Below are positions 17,346-25,436 of a DNA stretch of 26,639 nucleotides, piece by piece. Each line of letters begins with the position of its first letter. Positions within the stretch are counted from its first letter, which is position 1. The DNA is from Deinococcaceae bacterium (lineage in GTDB: Bacteria > Deinococcota > Deinococci > Deinococcales > Trueperaceae). Below the pieces are notes generated by a model. That model saw only the letters and a program-made list of their open reading frames with translations, was not told where the DNA came from and made no database searches. Both the position numbers and the translations under genes were made by a program. The stretch spans positions 6,019 to 32,657 of the forward strand of contig JBDZWC010000018.1 of NCBI GenBank assembly GCA_040256005.1, given 5' to 3'.

Positions 17346-18023
17346 TTGAGCTTCTTGTTGGGCGTCGCGCGGGCAATCGACAAGGTCACGGGCTTCGTCG
17401 GCCGGATCATGTGGTGGGCCTCGCTCTTCATGGTGGTCGTGGGCGTCTACAACGTCGTCACCAGGTACTTCTACGGCTTCTTCGAGCTCTTGCTCGGCCC
17501 CAGGACCGCCGCCAACATGACCGGCAACCTGTTCCTCGAGCTCCAGACGTACTCGTTCGACCTGATCTTCCTCTTGGGCGCGGCCTACGTGCTGCGGGTC
17601 GACGGGCACGTGCGCGTCGACATCCTGTACTCCAACCTTCCGGCCCGGCGTAAGGCGATAGTCGACACCGTCTGCTACTGGTTGTTCCTCGTGCCCTTCG
17701 CGCTCCTCGGCATCATCTACAGCGTCCCCTACATCTCGCGTTCGTGGGCGACCCTGGAGGTGAGCCCGAATCCCGGCGGCCTGGCGCGCTATCCCATCAA
17801 GACCGCCATCGCCGTCGCGTTCGGCATGCTCATCCTTCAAGCCATCTCGGAGACCATCCACAACATCGCGTTCCTGTCTGGGCGCAAGGGCTCGGGCAGC
17901 GTCCACGAAGCACCGCCGGCGCCCATGGAGGTCGACGGCACCGCCGGCGGGGTGAGCGGCCCGGCCGGGGCATCGAGCGGCGCCGAGCCTGGAGCGGCGG
18001 CCCCCGGTGGGGACCCTGCCTGA
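17346..18023 (+). CDS. dctQ: TRAP transporter small permease (DctQ/FcbT2-like), 225 aa
   Basis: Four TM segments, FLELQ, FLLGAAYVLRVDGHVRVDILY and EVSPNPGGL. TTG start with GGAGG. Confidence 0.9.
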   Translation: MSFLLGVARAIDKVTGFVGRIMWWASLFMVVVGVYNVVTRYFYGFFELLLGPRTAANMTGNLFLELQTYSFDLIFLLGAAYVLRVDGHVRVDILYSNLPARRKAIVDTVCYWLFLVPFALLGIIYSVPYISRSWATLEVSPNPGGLARYPIKTAIAVAFGMLILQAISETIHNIAFLSGRKGSGSVHEAPPAPMEVDGTAGGVSGPAGASSGAEPGAAAPGGDPA

Positions 18024-19387
18024 TGCTCGGCCTGTGGATGTTCGCCGTGGTGGTCGGGCTCCTGCTGATCGGCTTCCCCGTAGCGTTCACCCTGGGCGGC
18101 ACGGCCGTGCTGTTCACGGTCCTGGGCTCCAACTTCACCGAGGTCTTCCTCGGCTTCGCCCTGCCGTGGGAGCCGGCCTTCAACGTCGCCAGGCTGAACA
18201 TCTTGCCGCAGCGGATCTTCGGCACGATCATGGACAACTACACGCTCGTGGCCGTGCCGTTCTTCGTGTTCATGGGCGTGATGCTAGAACGCAGCGGCCT
18301 GGCCGAGGAGCTCTTGGAGTCCATGGGCATGCTCTTCGGCAAGCTGCGTGGCGGTCTGGCCATCTCAGTCGTCGTCGTGGGCGCGCTGCTGGCAGCCTCC
18401 ACCGGCGTCGTGGGCGCCTCCGTGGTCACGCTCGGCGTATTGGCGCTACCTGTGATGCTCAAGTACGGCTACTCGAAGACGTTGGCCACCGGCGTGGTCG
18501 CGTCGTCCGGCACGCTCGGTCAGATCATCCCGCCGTCGATCGTGCTGGTGATCCTCGGCGACCAGATCGGCGTGTCGGTCGGAGACCTGTTCCTGGGCTC
18601 GTTCATACCCGGCTTCCTGCTGGCCGGGCTGTTCATCGCCTGGGTCGCCTTCGTCGCCTGGCGGCGGCCGAACGAGGCCCCCGCCCTTCCTCCCGAGGCA
18701 CGGGCTCTCACGGGCTGGCGGCTGGTGGCCAAGATCCTGAGGAGCCTCGTCCCACCGCTGGTCTTGGTGATGCTGGTCCTGGGCACGATCTTCTTCGGCA
18801 TCGCGACGCCCACGGAGGCCGGCGCTGCCGGCGCCGCTGGCGCCACGATCCTCGCCGCGCTGAACCGGCGCCTGACGCGCCGCAACCTGCTCGACACCAT
18901 GGACACCACGGTGCGGCTGACGAGCATGGTGTTCATCATCCTGGTCGGCGCGACCGCCTTCTCGATGGTCTTCACGGCCCTGGGCGGCGGTCACGTGGTG
19001 GACGAGTTCCTGCTCAACCTGCCCGGCGGCCACATCGGTTTCATGTTCTTCACGATGCTGGTGATCTTCCTCCTGGGCTTCTTCATCGACTTCATCGAGA
19101 TCACGTTCATCGTCGTGCCCCTGGTAGCACCCATCGCCGCCAGGTTCTTCGGCGCCGACATGCTGCTGTGGTTCGGCGTCGTCGTGGCCATGAACCTGCA
19201 GAGCTCGTTCCTGACGCCGCCGTTCGGGTTCTCCCTCTTCTACCTGAAGGGTGTCGCGCCACCCGGCGTCAAGACCACCGACATCTACCGAGGGATCATC
19301 CCGTTCGTAGCCATCCAGGTGGTGACGCTGGTGGTGCTGGTGCTGTTCCCCGGTTTGGTCAACTGGTTACCCAGCCTAGCTAGGTAG
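18023..19387 (+). CDS. dctM: TRAP transporter large permease (DctM/FcbT3-like), 454 aa
   Basis: GFPVAFTLGG, LVAVPFFVFMGVMLERSGLAE, SGTLGQIIPPS, GIATPTEAG and NLQSSFLTPPFGFSLFYLKGVAP. TGATG overlap with dctQ. Confidence 0.94.
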   Translation: MLGLWMFAVVVGLLLIGFPVAFTLGGTAVLFTVLGSNFTEVFLGFALPWEPAFNVARLNILPQRIFGTIMDNYTLVAVPFFVFMGVMLERSGLAEELLESMGMLFGKLRGGLAISVVVVGALLAASTGVVGASVVTLGVLALPVMLKYGYSKTLATGVVASSGTLGQIIPPSIVLVILGDQIGVSVGDLFLGSFIPGFLLAGLFIAWVAFVAWRRPNEAPALPPEARALTGWRLVAKILRSLVPPLVLVMLVLGTIFFGIATPTEAGAAGAAGATILAALNRRLTRRNLLDTMDTTVRLTSMVFIILVGATAFSMVFTALGGGHVVDEFLLNLPGGHIGFMFFTMLVIFLLGFFIDFIEITFIVVPLVAPIAARFFGADMLLWFGVVVAMNLQSSFLTPPFGFSLFYLKGVAPPGVKTTDIYRGIIPFVAIQVVTLVVLVLFPGLVNWLPSLAR

Positions 19388-19418
19388 CCGCCCACGCCTC
19401 GGGAGGCGGGGCGGCTAC
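19384..19418. terminator. Strong hairpin between the convergent dctM and subtilase-lipoprotein genes
   Basis: GTAGCCGCCC-a-CGCCT-cggg-AGGCG-GGGCGGCTAC forms a 15-bp stem with one bulge. There is no clear U-tract. Confidence 0.6.
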
Positions 19419-19464
19419 TCGGTTAGGTCGAACCGTGGCGACCAACGCCAGGGGCGGCTGCAGC

Positions 19465-21861
19465 TCAGTCGCAGTGGTCCTGAACGGCGGACGGCCCGCC
19501 CCCGAAGACGGTGTCGAGCGGGGTGCTGACGTAGAGCCCGTGCGCGAGAGCGGGCCCGCTGGCCGGCTTCTCGCTCGGGTCACCCGGGTCGCAGCGGCCC
19601 GCGGTGATCAGGTCGAGCGCACTGAAGAGCGTGACGACCGGAGCCGAGAACGAGGTGCCCGCGTAGGCCACTACCTGACCGGGTCCCGAGACGAGCTCGT
19701 AGAGGGCCCCTGGCGCGGCTACCTCCCCGCTGTTGGCGAAGCTGGAACGCGCCACCGAGTACAGGCCGTCCCCGACGACGTCTAGCGAGCTGGTGCTGAT
19801 TACCGTGGGCCAGGCCGACGGGTAGAGCGGGAAGTCGTGGCCCAGGTTGCCCGCGGCCGCGACGTGGACGATGGCGTTCACGGCAGCGCCCTTCGGGTAG
19901 GTCCAGCCGTCGCAGCGGCTCTTGCCGACCACGGGCAGCGGGCAGTCGAGGTACGCGAGGAGCGCGTCGTCTCCGGCGCCGAGCGGGGCCGTGAGCAGCT
20001 CGGCCAGCTCGTCCTCGTACTGCGAGCCGATGCCGTTCAGAGTGCGGAGCGCGCTGACGTACTCCTCGAACGTCTCGACGGCGCTGGCGCCCAGGTCGGC
20101 CGCGACCGCGCAGGGCACGACGGCGAAGCTCATGTTCACGACGAAGCGCTTGAACTCGTGACCCTCCGTTGTCGCCAGGTCGAGGAGGGAGGCGCGCAGC
20201 ACCGACACGATCTCTTCGGTGTCGCGGTCGTGGGTGTCCACGGTCTGCACGACCAGCTTGCCGCCGTCATCCGTCCACCGGATGTAGATGGGCTCGCCGG
20301 TCGTGTGGTTCGTGGTGTCTGACCCGTTGACGAAGCCCATCTCGGTCAGCATCCGGAGCAGGTGTTGCAGTACCAACGCGCCGTGCGCCAGCTCGCCGGA
20401 GTCGGCCCATGCCTGCAGCTGGCTCTCGGAGACCGCCGCGCCGGAGAGGAGCGCCGCCGGGAGCTGATAGGTGCCACCGAAGTCGTCGACGATCAGGATC
20501 GCGACGCGGTCGTGATAGCTGGGCTCGCCTACGACCTGCCACAGGTCCTGAACGAGCCTCTCGGGCGTCACCGTGGTGCCGACGAAATCGGCGGGATCGC
20601 CCACGAACAGGCCCCCGACGGCGCCCACCGCCTGCAGTCCCGCGCCCACGGCCTGCAAGCCCTGGCCGGGCAGGCTCATCTCCGTCGCTGCGCAGTTGCC
20701 GGCCTCTTCGTCGAACGGCTCTGGGCTCGAGAGCCGCGTGAGCCCTCCGATCGTGGGCGGCGGTGCGGCCGCCTCGACCTCCACGTCGCGGGTGACCCTC
20801 GACTCGTTGCCGCTGGTGTCGATGGCGACCGCCGTCAGGTGGTAGATGCCGGTGGCAGGAGGTGTCCACGCGAAGGCCCAGGTGCCGGTGGCAGGGTCCG
20901 TGAACGCTATGGGGGCAGCGCCTTCCGCGATCTCCTCTGCGTTGGTGCTGGCGAGAAGCACGGGTCCCTCGTAGACCTGGACTCGTGCCACGCCGACGTC
21001 ATCGGTCGCGGTCCCGCCCAGGCTCGAGGCGAAGCCCACGGGGAGCGACGCTGCCGGCGCGAAGCCGAGCGCGGGCGGGACGATGTCGAGCGCGATGCCC
21101 GCCGCATGGGCGAAGGGGCGTTCGTAGGTGGCGATCACCTTCTGGTGCTCGGTAGGCACGCCATCCACCAGGCGCCACCCCTTGATCACCGCCTTGATCA
21201 CGAACTCGTCCGACTGGGGGGTGGGCGTGACGAAGACGCGGGCCCCCAGGTGGCTGCCCGTGACGTCGCCCAGTTCGGGGTCGAGCACGTACTTCACGTC
21301 GAAGTCGGCCAGCGGCACGTCGTAGGAGCCGTGCGTCGTCACGACGCGTAGGAAGAGGTCGATGACCTCGCCCGCGACCACGTACAGCCTCAGTCCCTCC
21401 TCGACCAAGGAGGCGCTACCGAGAAGCGTGTGCACCTCCAAGGCGACGCTCGTCGCGGCGTGGCTGACCGTGGCCACGGTCTCTCCGTAGGCGAGAACGT
21501 CACCGCCAGCATCCAGTCCGAACGTGAGGAAGCGGTACTGGCCCGCCGGCAGCAGGACGGTGATGGAGTCGGTGGCCGGCGTCACCAGCGTGTCGAACGG
21601 GCCGGCCGGGTCGTACGCGTTCGCAGCGTCGAACGTCACCACGTCGCCGTTCGAATCCAGGACGGTGACGTTCAGCTCCACCACGGCACTGAGCCCGCCG
21701 GGGCCTGTCGGCACACCCTGGGTCGAGACGCCCTGGCGGTCGAGGTGGAGGACCACCGGCTGCAGGACGGTGGGCCCGCTGTGGGGGCTCGTGCAGCTTG
21801 CCAGGACGGCGGCCAGCACGAGCGCGACTAGTAGCGCAGTGGTCTTGAGCGGTCTGTGCAT
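19465..21861 (-). CDS. Lipoprotein, 798 aa: N-terminal beta-rich region, bacterial Ig-like domain and divergent S8 (subtilase) peptidase domain
   Basis: Lipobox LASC at Cys23. Ig-like pattern GTATDDVGVARVQVY...WTPPATGIYHLTAVAIDTSGN. Subtilase motifs in order: ILIVDDF, LAHGALV, VVNMSF, HVAAAGN and YAGTSFSAPVV. Confidence 0.82.
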   Translation of the reverse strand: MHRPLKTTALLVALVLAAVLASCTSPHSGPTVLQPVVLHLDRQGVSTQGVPTGPGGLSAVVELNVTVLDSNGDVVTFDAANAYDPAGPFDTLVTPATDSITVLLPAGQYRFLTFGLDAGGDVLAYGETVATVSHAATSVALEVHTLLGSASLVEEGLRLYVVAGEVIDLFLRVVTTHGSYDVPLADFDVKYVLDPELGDVTGSHLGARVFVTPTPQSDEFVIKAVIKGWRLVDGVPTEHQKVIATYERPFAHAAGIALDIVPPALGFAPAASLPVGFASSLGGTATDDVGVARVQVYEGPVLLASTNAEEIAEGAAPIAFTDPATGTWAFAWTPPATGIYHLTAVAIDTSGNESRVTRDVEVEAAAPPPTIGGLTRLSSPEPFDEEAGNCAATEMSLPGQGLQAVGAGLQAVGAVGGLFVGDPADFVGTTVTPERLVQDLWQVVGEPSYHDRVAILIVDDFGGTYQLPAALLSGAAVSESQLQAWADSGELAHGALVLQHLLRMLTEMGFVNGSDTTNHTTGEPIYIRWTDDGGKLVVQTVDTHDRDTEEIVSVLRASLLDLATTEGHEFKRFVVNMSFAVVPCAVAADLGASAVETFEEYVSALRTLNGIGSQYEDELAELLTAPLGAGDDALLAYLDCPLPVVGKSRCDGWTYPKGAAVNAIVHVAAAGNLGHDFPLYPSAWPTVISTSSLDVVGDGLYSVARSSFANSGEVAAPGALYELVSGPGQVVAYAGTSFSAPVVTLFSALDLITAGRCDPGDPSEKPASGPALAHGLYVSTPLDTVFGGGPSAVQDHCD

Positions 21862-21966
21862 CCTTCCCCCTTGGGGGCCGTGGCGCTGCCAGCCACCGGT
21901 TCCCTGTGCTCCGGTGGAGCTGACCAGGCCGCGCCGCGGCGATCGACTACCCCCAAAGTTAGAACG

Positions 21967-22041
21967 CCATGAGAGCAGCCGACCGGACAGCCGTCACGCC
22001 CCATGAGAGCCGTGGACCGCACAGCCGTCACGCCCCGTGAG
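21967..22041. repeat. 34-bp imperfect tandem repeat (about 2.2 copies) upstream of the subtilase lipoprotein
   Basis: CCATGAGAGC-agccgaccgg-ACAGCCGTCACGCC (21967-22000), CCATGAGAGC-cgtggaccgc-ACAGCCGTCACGCC (22001-22034), then partial CCGTGAG (22035-22041). Confidence 0.85.
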
Positions 22042-22053
22042 GCCACAGGACGT

Positions 22054-22088
22054 AAGGAGCGCCCGGCGAACGACCGCCGGGCGCTCCT
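22054..22088 (-). terminator. Intrinsic terminator-like hairpin downstream of dctP
   Basis: Perfect 14-bp stem AGGAGCGCCCGGCG / CGCCGGGCGCTCCT with a 6-nt loop, 24 nt after the dctP stop. The U-tail is short. Confidence 0.75.
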
Positions 22089-22112
22089 GAAGTTCGCTCG
22101 CGAGCTACGTGC

Positions 22113-23192
22113 TCAGCTGTACGTGAAAGCCTCGTAGGCGTGCTCGTTGCGTTGGTCGAACGGCCTCACGCCGGCCAGGAAAGCGTCGGCCGACTCGGCG
22201 ATGCGCGCGTAGGTTGCGTTGCCGCTCCGGAGGCCGGCGTCGATGCGGGTCCAGCTCTCCCTGAAGGTCTGCAGGATCTCGTTCGAGAAGACGCGCGGCT
22301 CCGTGCCGGCGGCGATCATCCGCTGGAAGGCGGCCGGGTCCTTCGCCAGGTAGTCCGAGTACATCTGCGAGTTGGCGGCCGCCGCGGCGACGCGGAAGGC
22401 GCGCTGCAGGTCGGGGGTCAGTGAGTTCCAGGCGTCGAGGTTGATGTACGTGCACAGGGCCGCCCCCGGCTCCGCCCAGCCGGGGCCGTAGTAGTAGCGG
22501 GCCGCGTTGTTCAGGCCGAGGGTCTCGTCGTCGTGCGGTCCCACCCACTCGGCGGCGTCGATCGCGCCGCGTTCCAACGCCAGGAAGATCTCCCCACCGG
22601 GCAGCGTCTGGACGTTGACGCCCACGTCGGCGTAGACCTGGCCGCCCAACCCGGCCGTGCGGAAGGAGATGCCGCGCAGGTCGTCCGGCGAGTTGATCTC
22701 GACGTTGAACCAGCCGGCCATCTGCATGCCGGTGTTGCCGGCCAGCAGGGCCATCATGTTGTTGGGCGCGTTGAGCTCGTCCCACAGCTCCTGGCCGCCG
22801 CCCGAGTGCACCCACGAGGTGATCTGGGGCGCGGTCATGCCGAACGGCACCGCGGTGAAGAACGCGTGCGCCGGGTCCTTGCCGATGTAGTAGTACGACG
22901 CGGTGTGGCCCACCTCGAACGCCCCGCTGGCGACGGCATCGAAGACCTCTAGGGCGCCGATCTGCGCACCCGCAGGGAACACCTCGATGTCGACCTGACC
23001 GTCGGTCATCTCGCGTAGGTAGTTGGCCAGGTTGACGGCACCACCGTAGAGGTTGTCGAGCGAGGTGGGCCACGAAGTAGGCATCCCCCACCTGTAGACC
23101 TGAGCTCCCTGCGCCCGCGCGAACATGAGCGGCGACAGGCTGGCGCTTGCCGCTACGACACCGGCCTTCTTGAGGAAATCACGACGTCTCAT
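22113..23192 (-). CDS. dctP: TRAP transporter substrate-binding protein (DctP; TakP/FcbT1-like, monocarboxylate/2-oxoacid type), Tat-exported, 359 aa
   Basis: Tat motif MRRRDFLK, TSWPTSL, HTASYYYIGK, GNTGMQMAGWF, FRTAGLGG, LERGAIDAAEWVGPHDD and YYYGPGWAEPG. SD GGAGG and TATACT (minus strand, 23235-23240). Confidence 0.93.
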   Translation of the reverse strand: MRRRDFLKKAGVVAASASLSPLMFARAQGAQVYRWGMPTSWPTSLDNLYGGAVNLANYLREMTDGQVDIEVFPAGAQIGALEVFDAVASGAFEVGHTASYYYIGKDPAHAFFTAVPFGMTAPQITSWVHSGGGQELWDELNAPNNMMALLAGNTGMQMAGWFNVEINSPDDLRGISFRTAGLGGQVYADVGVNVQTLPGGEIFLALERGAIDAAEWVGPHDDETLGLNNAARYYYGPGWAEPGAALCTYINLDAWNSLTPDLQRAFRVAAAAANSQMYSDYLAKDPAAFQRMIAAGTEPRVFSNEILQTFRESWTRIDAGLRSGNATYARIAESADAFLAGVRPFDQRNEHAYEAFTYS

Positions 23193-23277
23193 CCAGACCT
23201 CCGGTCAAGCCTTCCCAGGTTTTGGGTCGTGAGAAGTATAGCCCCCAGGGCGGCACCGGTCGCCGGCCGGCCGCGGA

Positions 23278-23478
23278 CTACGTGTCCTGCCTCTCCGAGC
23301 CTTCCCCTCGAACCTCAGCCGCACCAGAAGGCCCTAGGCGGCCAGCATGCCTGGCCGCCTCGGTGAGCAGGTACTCGACCTGTGCGTTGACGCTCCTCAG
23401 TTCGTCCGCGGCCCACCTCTCCAGCGCCTCGTAGAGACTCGGATGGATGCGGAGTAGGAAGCGCTTGCGCTCAGGCAT
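23278..23478 (-). CDS. Small ribbon-helix-helix (Arc-like) DNA-binding protein, 66 aa
   Basis: [35 protein letters not shown] has an alternating beta-strand followed by two helices with the RSxN turn. It lies 11 bp downstream of the hydrolase. Confidence 0.85.
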   Translation of the reverse strand: MPERKRFLLRIHPSLYEALERWAADELRSVNAQVEYLLTEAARHAGRLGPSGAAEVRGEGSERQDT

Positions 23479-23489
23479 CGTGCTTGGCC

Positions 23490-25214
23490 CTACCTGGCGA
23501 GCCTCAGCGTGCCGTGCAGGAACGTGGTGAGGGACCTGACCAGGGTCTCGGAGACGGTCGCGTCGTTGGGAGGCAGCAGCATGGCCTCGGCGGGGAGACG
23601 GGTCTCGACCAGGTTGTGCGTCAGGTCGGGTAGCTCGAGGTGCAGAACGTCCGGGAGCGCGTTCGCCAGCAGGTCCCCGTCCACCTCCCGTACCTGGACG
23701 TCCTTGAGACCTTGCACGACGATCGTTGGCATCGTCACCTGCCGGGCCAGCTCTACCGGATCCACGTCGATCTCGCTGCGAAGCAGCCCGGCGGCGGCGG
23801 CGAAGGCCGGAGCGAGCTGGTTGTCCTCGAGGTCACCCTCGATCTCGAGGGCGGGCCCTCGCGACTCCCTGACCGCTTCCAGCAGCTCGTCGACGTCCTC
23901 GGCGTAGACCGCGACGGCCGCCTCGTCGAGACCGCCGCGCTCGGCCGACGCGATGACCTGCTCTTTCAGCAGGACGCCGAGCGGCCTTCCCGCCGTCGCC
24001 AGCAACACCACGACGTCGGGTTCCACGTAGCCGTTTGCCACGGCGTAGAGCGCGATGAGCCCGCCCTCCGAGTGACCGATGAGGCCCAGCCTGCTGGCGT
24101 CCACACCGTCCGTCTCCGCCAGAAGGGCGAACCAGTCGGCGGTGTTCTGGGCGTAGGACTCGAGGGTCACGGCGTTGGCGTCGCCGGTAGAGGGAGGTAT
24201 GCCGAGCTTGGCGACGCGCAGGACGCCGTAACCCTCGCAGCCCAGGAGGTTGGCGAGCTGCTCGTAGCCGGAGTTGGTGATGACGGGCAGCGAGTTCCCC
24301 GCTACGTCGGTGGGGCCACTGCCAGGCAGAAGCACCAGTGTGGGGGCGCCGCTGGCGGGCCCGTTCACGGGTAGTGACAGCAGGCCGTACAGGTTGGCGC
24401 CGGTCGAATCGACGTTGACACCCACCGTCTCGACGCACGTGGCGGTGCGTTCGAGGAGTTCAGTGGCGGTCTCGCGCGGCTCCGCCGCGGCCGCCTCATC
24501 CTGGGGTTCACCGGCGCTGGCGTCCACTTGGGCGAAGCGGATGTTGCTCATGGGCTGATCCAGAGCGACGATCGTGCCGTCGGGGTCCAGCCATGCCACG
24601 GCCTCGACGGTCTGTGGCCCCACCGTGAGCGCGATGTCCAGGCCCGTGGCCTGCACGGAGGCGTCGCCCACCGGCACCGGCTCAGCTTCCGGGCGCAGCC
24701 GCGCTGTGACCCGGCCGAGCGCGCCGCTCTGCGGCACCACGGCAGCCACGTCGATCGGCTCGCCCCGCTTCAACGCCTCGTAAGCGATCACCTGGAAGCC
24801 GTCGATGAAGTTGTTGTCCAGCACGTACAGCGGCTCGTCCGACGCCAGCTCGAAGCTCGCGGTCTGGCCCGCCTGAGTCAGCTCGAACGAGCCGCCTCCC
24901 GCGTGGAACCTCGCTGTCATGGCGATCTGGATGCCCCTCACCACGCCGCTCAGCTCGTAGCTGACGGCCGCCCCATCGGGACCGGTGACGAGGACGTCCT
25001 CGAGGCTGAGCAGGCCGGGCAGGTCCACGAACGAGTCGGACGCGTAACCGTCCGGGGTCGCGACCACGTTGGTGCCGACCTCACCCAGCACCACGCCGCC
25101 CTGGCTCAGCTCGTAGACGACGGCGTTCGCCGGGTCGCCGGCCGGGCCCTGAGCCAGCGCTGAACCGGCCGCTGCAGCCAGGATGAGGGCGAACACGTTC
25201 AGTCTGCGACTCAT
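23490..25214 (-). CDS. Secreted alpha/beta hydrolase with an N-terminal beta-rich domain, ~574 aa
   Basis: Signal peptide [30 protein letters not shown], nucleophile [14 protein letters not shown] (Asp) and LTHNL (His). SD-like GGAGGG upstream of ATG 25214. Confidence 0.88.
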   Translation of the reverse strand: MSRRLNVFALILAAAAGSALAQGPAGDPANAVVYELSQGGVVLGEVGTNVVATPDGYASDSFVDLPGLLSLEDVLVTGPDGAAVSYELSGVVRGIQIAMTARFHAGGGSFELTQAGQTASFELASDEPLYVLDNNFIDGFQVIAYEALKRGEPIDVAAVVPQSGALGRVTARLRPEAEPVPVGDASVQATGLDIALTVGPQTVEAVAWLDPDGTIVALDQPMSNIRFAQVDASAGEPQDEAAAAEPRETATELLERTATCVETVGVNVDSTGANLYGLLSLPVNGPASGAPTLVLLPGSGPTDVAGNSLPVITNSGYEQLANLLGCEGYGVLRVAKLGIPPSTGDANAVTLESYAQNTADWFALLAETDGVDASRLGLIGHSEGGLIALYAVANGYVEPDVVVLLATAGRPLGVLLKEQVIASAERGGLDEAAVAVYAEDVDELLEAVRESRGPALEIEGDLEDNQLAPAFAAAAGLLRSEIDVDPVELARQVTMPTIVVQGLKDVQVREVDGDLLANALPDVLHLELPDLTHNLVETRLPAEAMLLPPNDATVSETLVRSLTTFLHGTLRLAR

Positions 25215-25299
25215 TCTCTCGAACCCTCCCTCGGGCACTTCTTCAACTCTCGTCTGGTGTGCTCACGTAGATCCGTACCCCGACATCGGGGTCGCGATC

Positions 25300-25318
25300 T
25301 GACATCATCATGATATCA
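25300..25318. promoter_or_regulatory. Operator-like site TGACATCA-tca-TGATATCA overlapping a minus-strand -10 box (TATCAT)
   Basis: An AT-rich, near-perfect dyad of two self-palindromic octamers stands out in very GC-rich DNA. It sits upstream of the hydrolase-RHH pair. Confidence 0.7.
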
Positions 25319-25436
25319 ACCAATCCTCGCCGGCGCGGGACGTTCCGAGGCCACGCGTACAAGGCAGGCGCCGGGCCCCCTGACGCCAACACAGCCCCGC
25401 TTGATAGGGTCACCAACGCATGCCCGAGGACCGAGC

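Noticed and set aside
21967..22041. Mini CRISPR array
   Set aside because: There are only about 2 units, the variable part is 10 nt and partly conserved, and no cas genes are present.
23278..23478. Antitoxin of a toxin-antitoxin pair
   Set aside because: No adjacent toxin-like ORF exists; the neighbours are an exported hydrolase and DctP.
25270..25299. Hairpin ACCCCGA/TCGGGGT in the hydrolase leader as a riboswitch
   Set aside because: It is a single short stem with no recognisable riboswitch consensus; at most a 5' stabilising hairpin.
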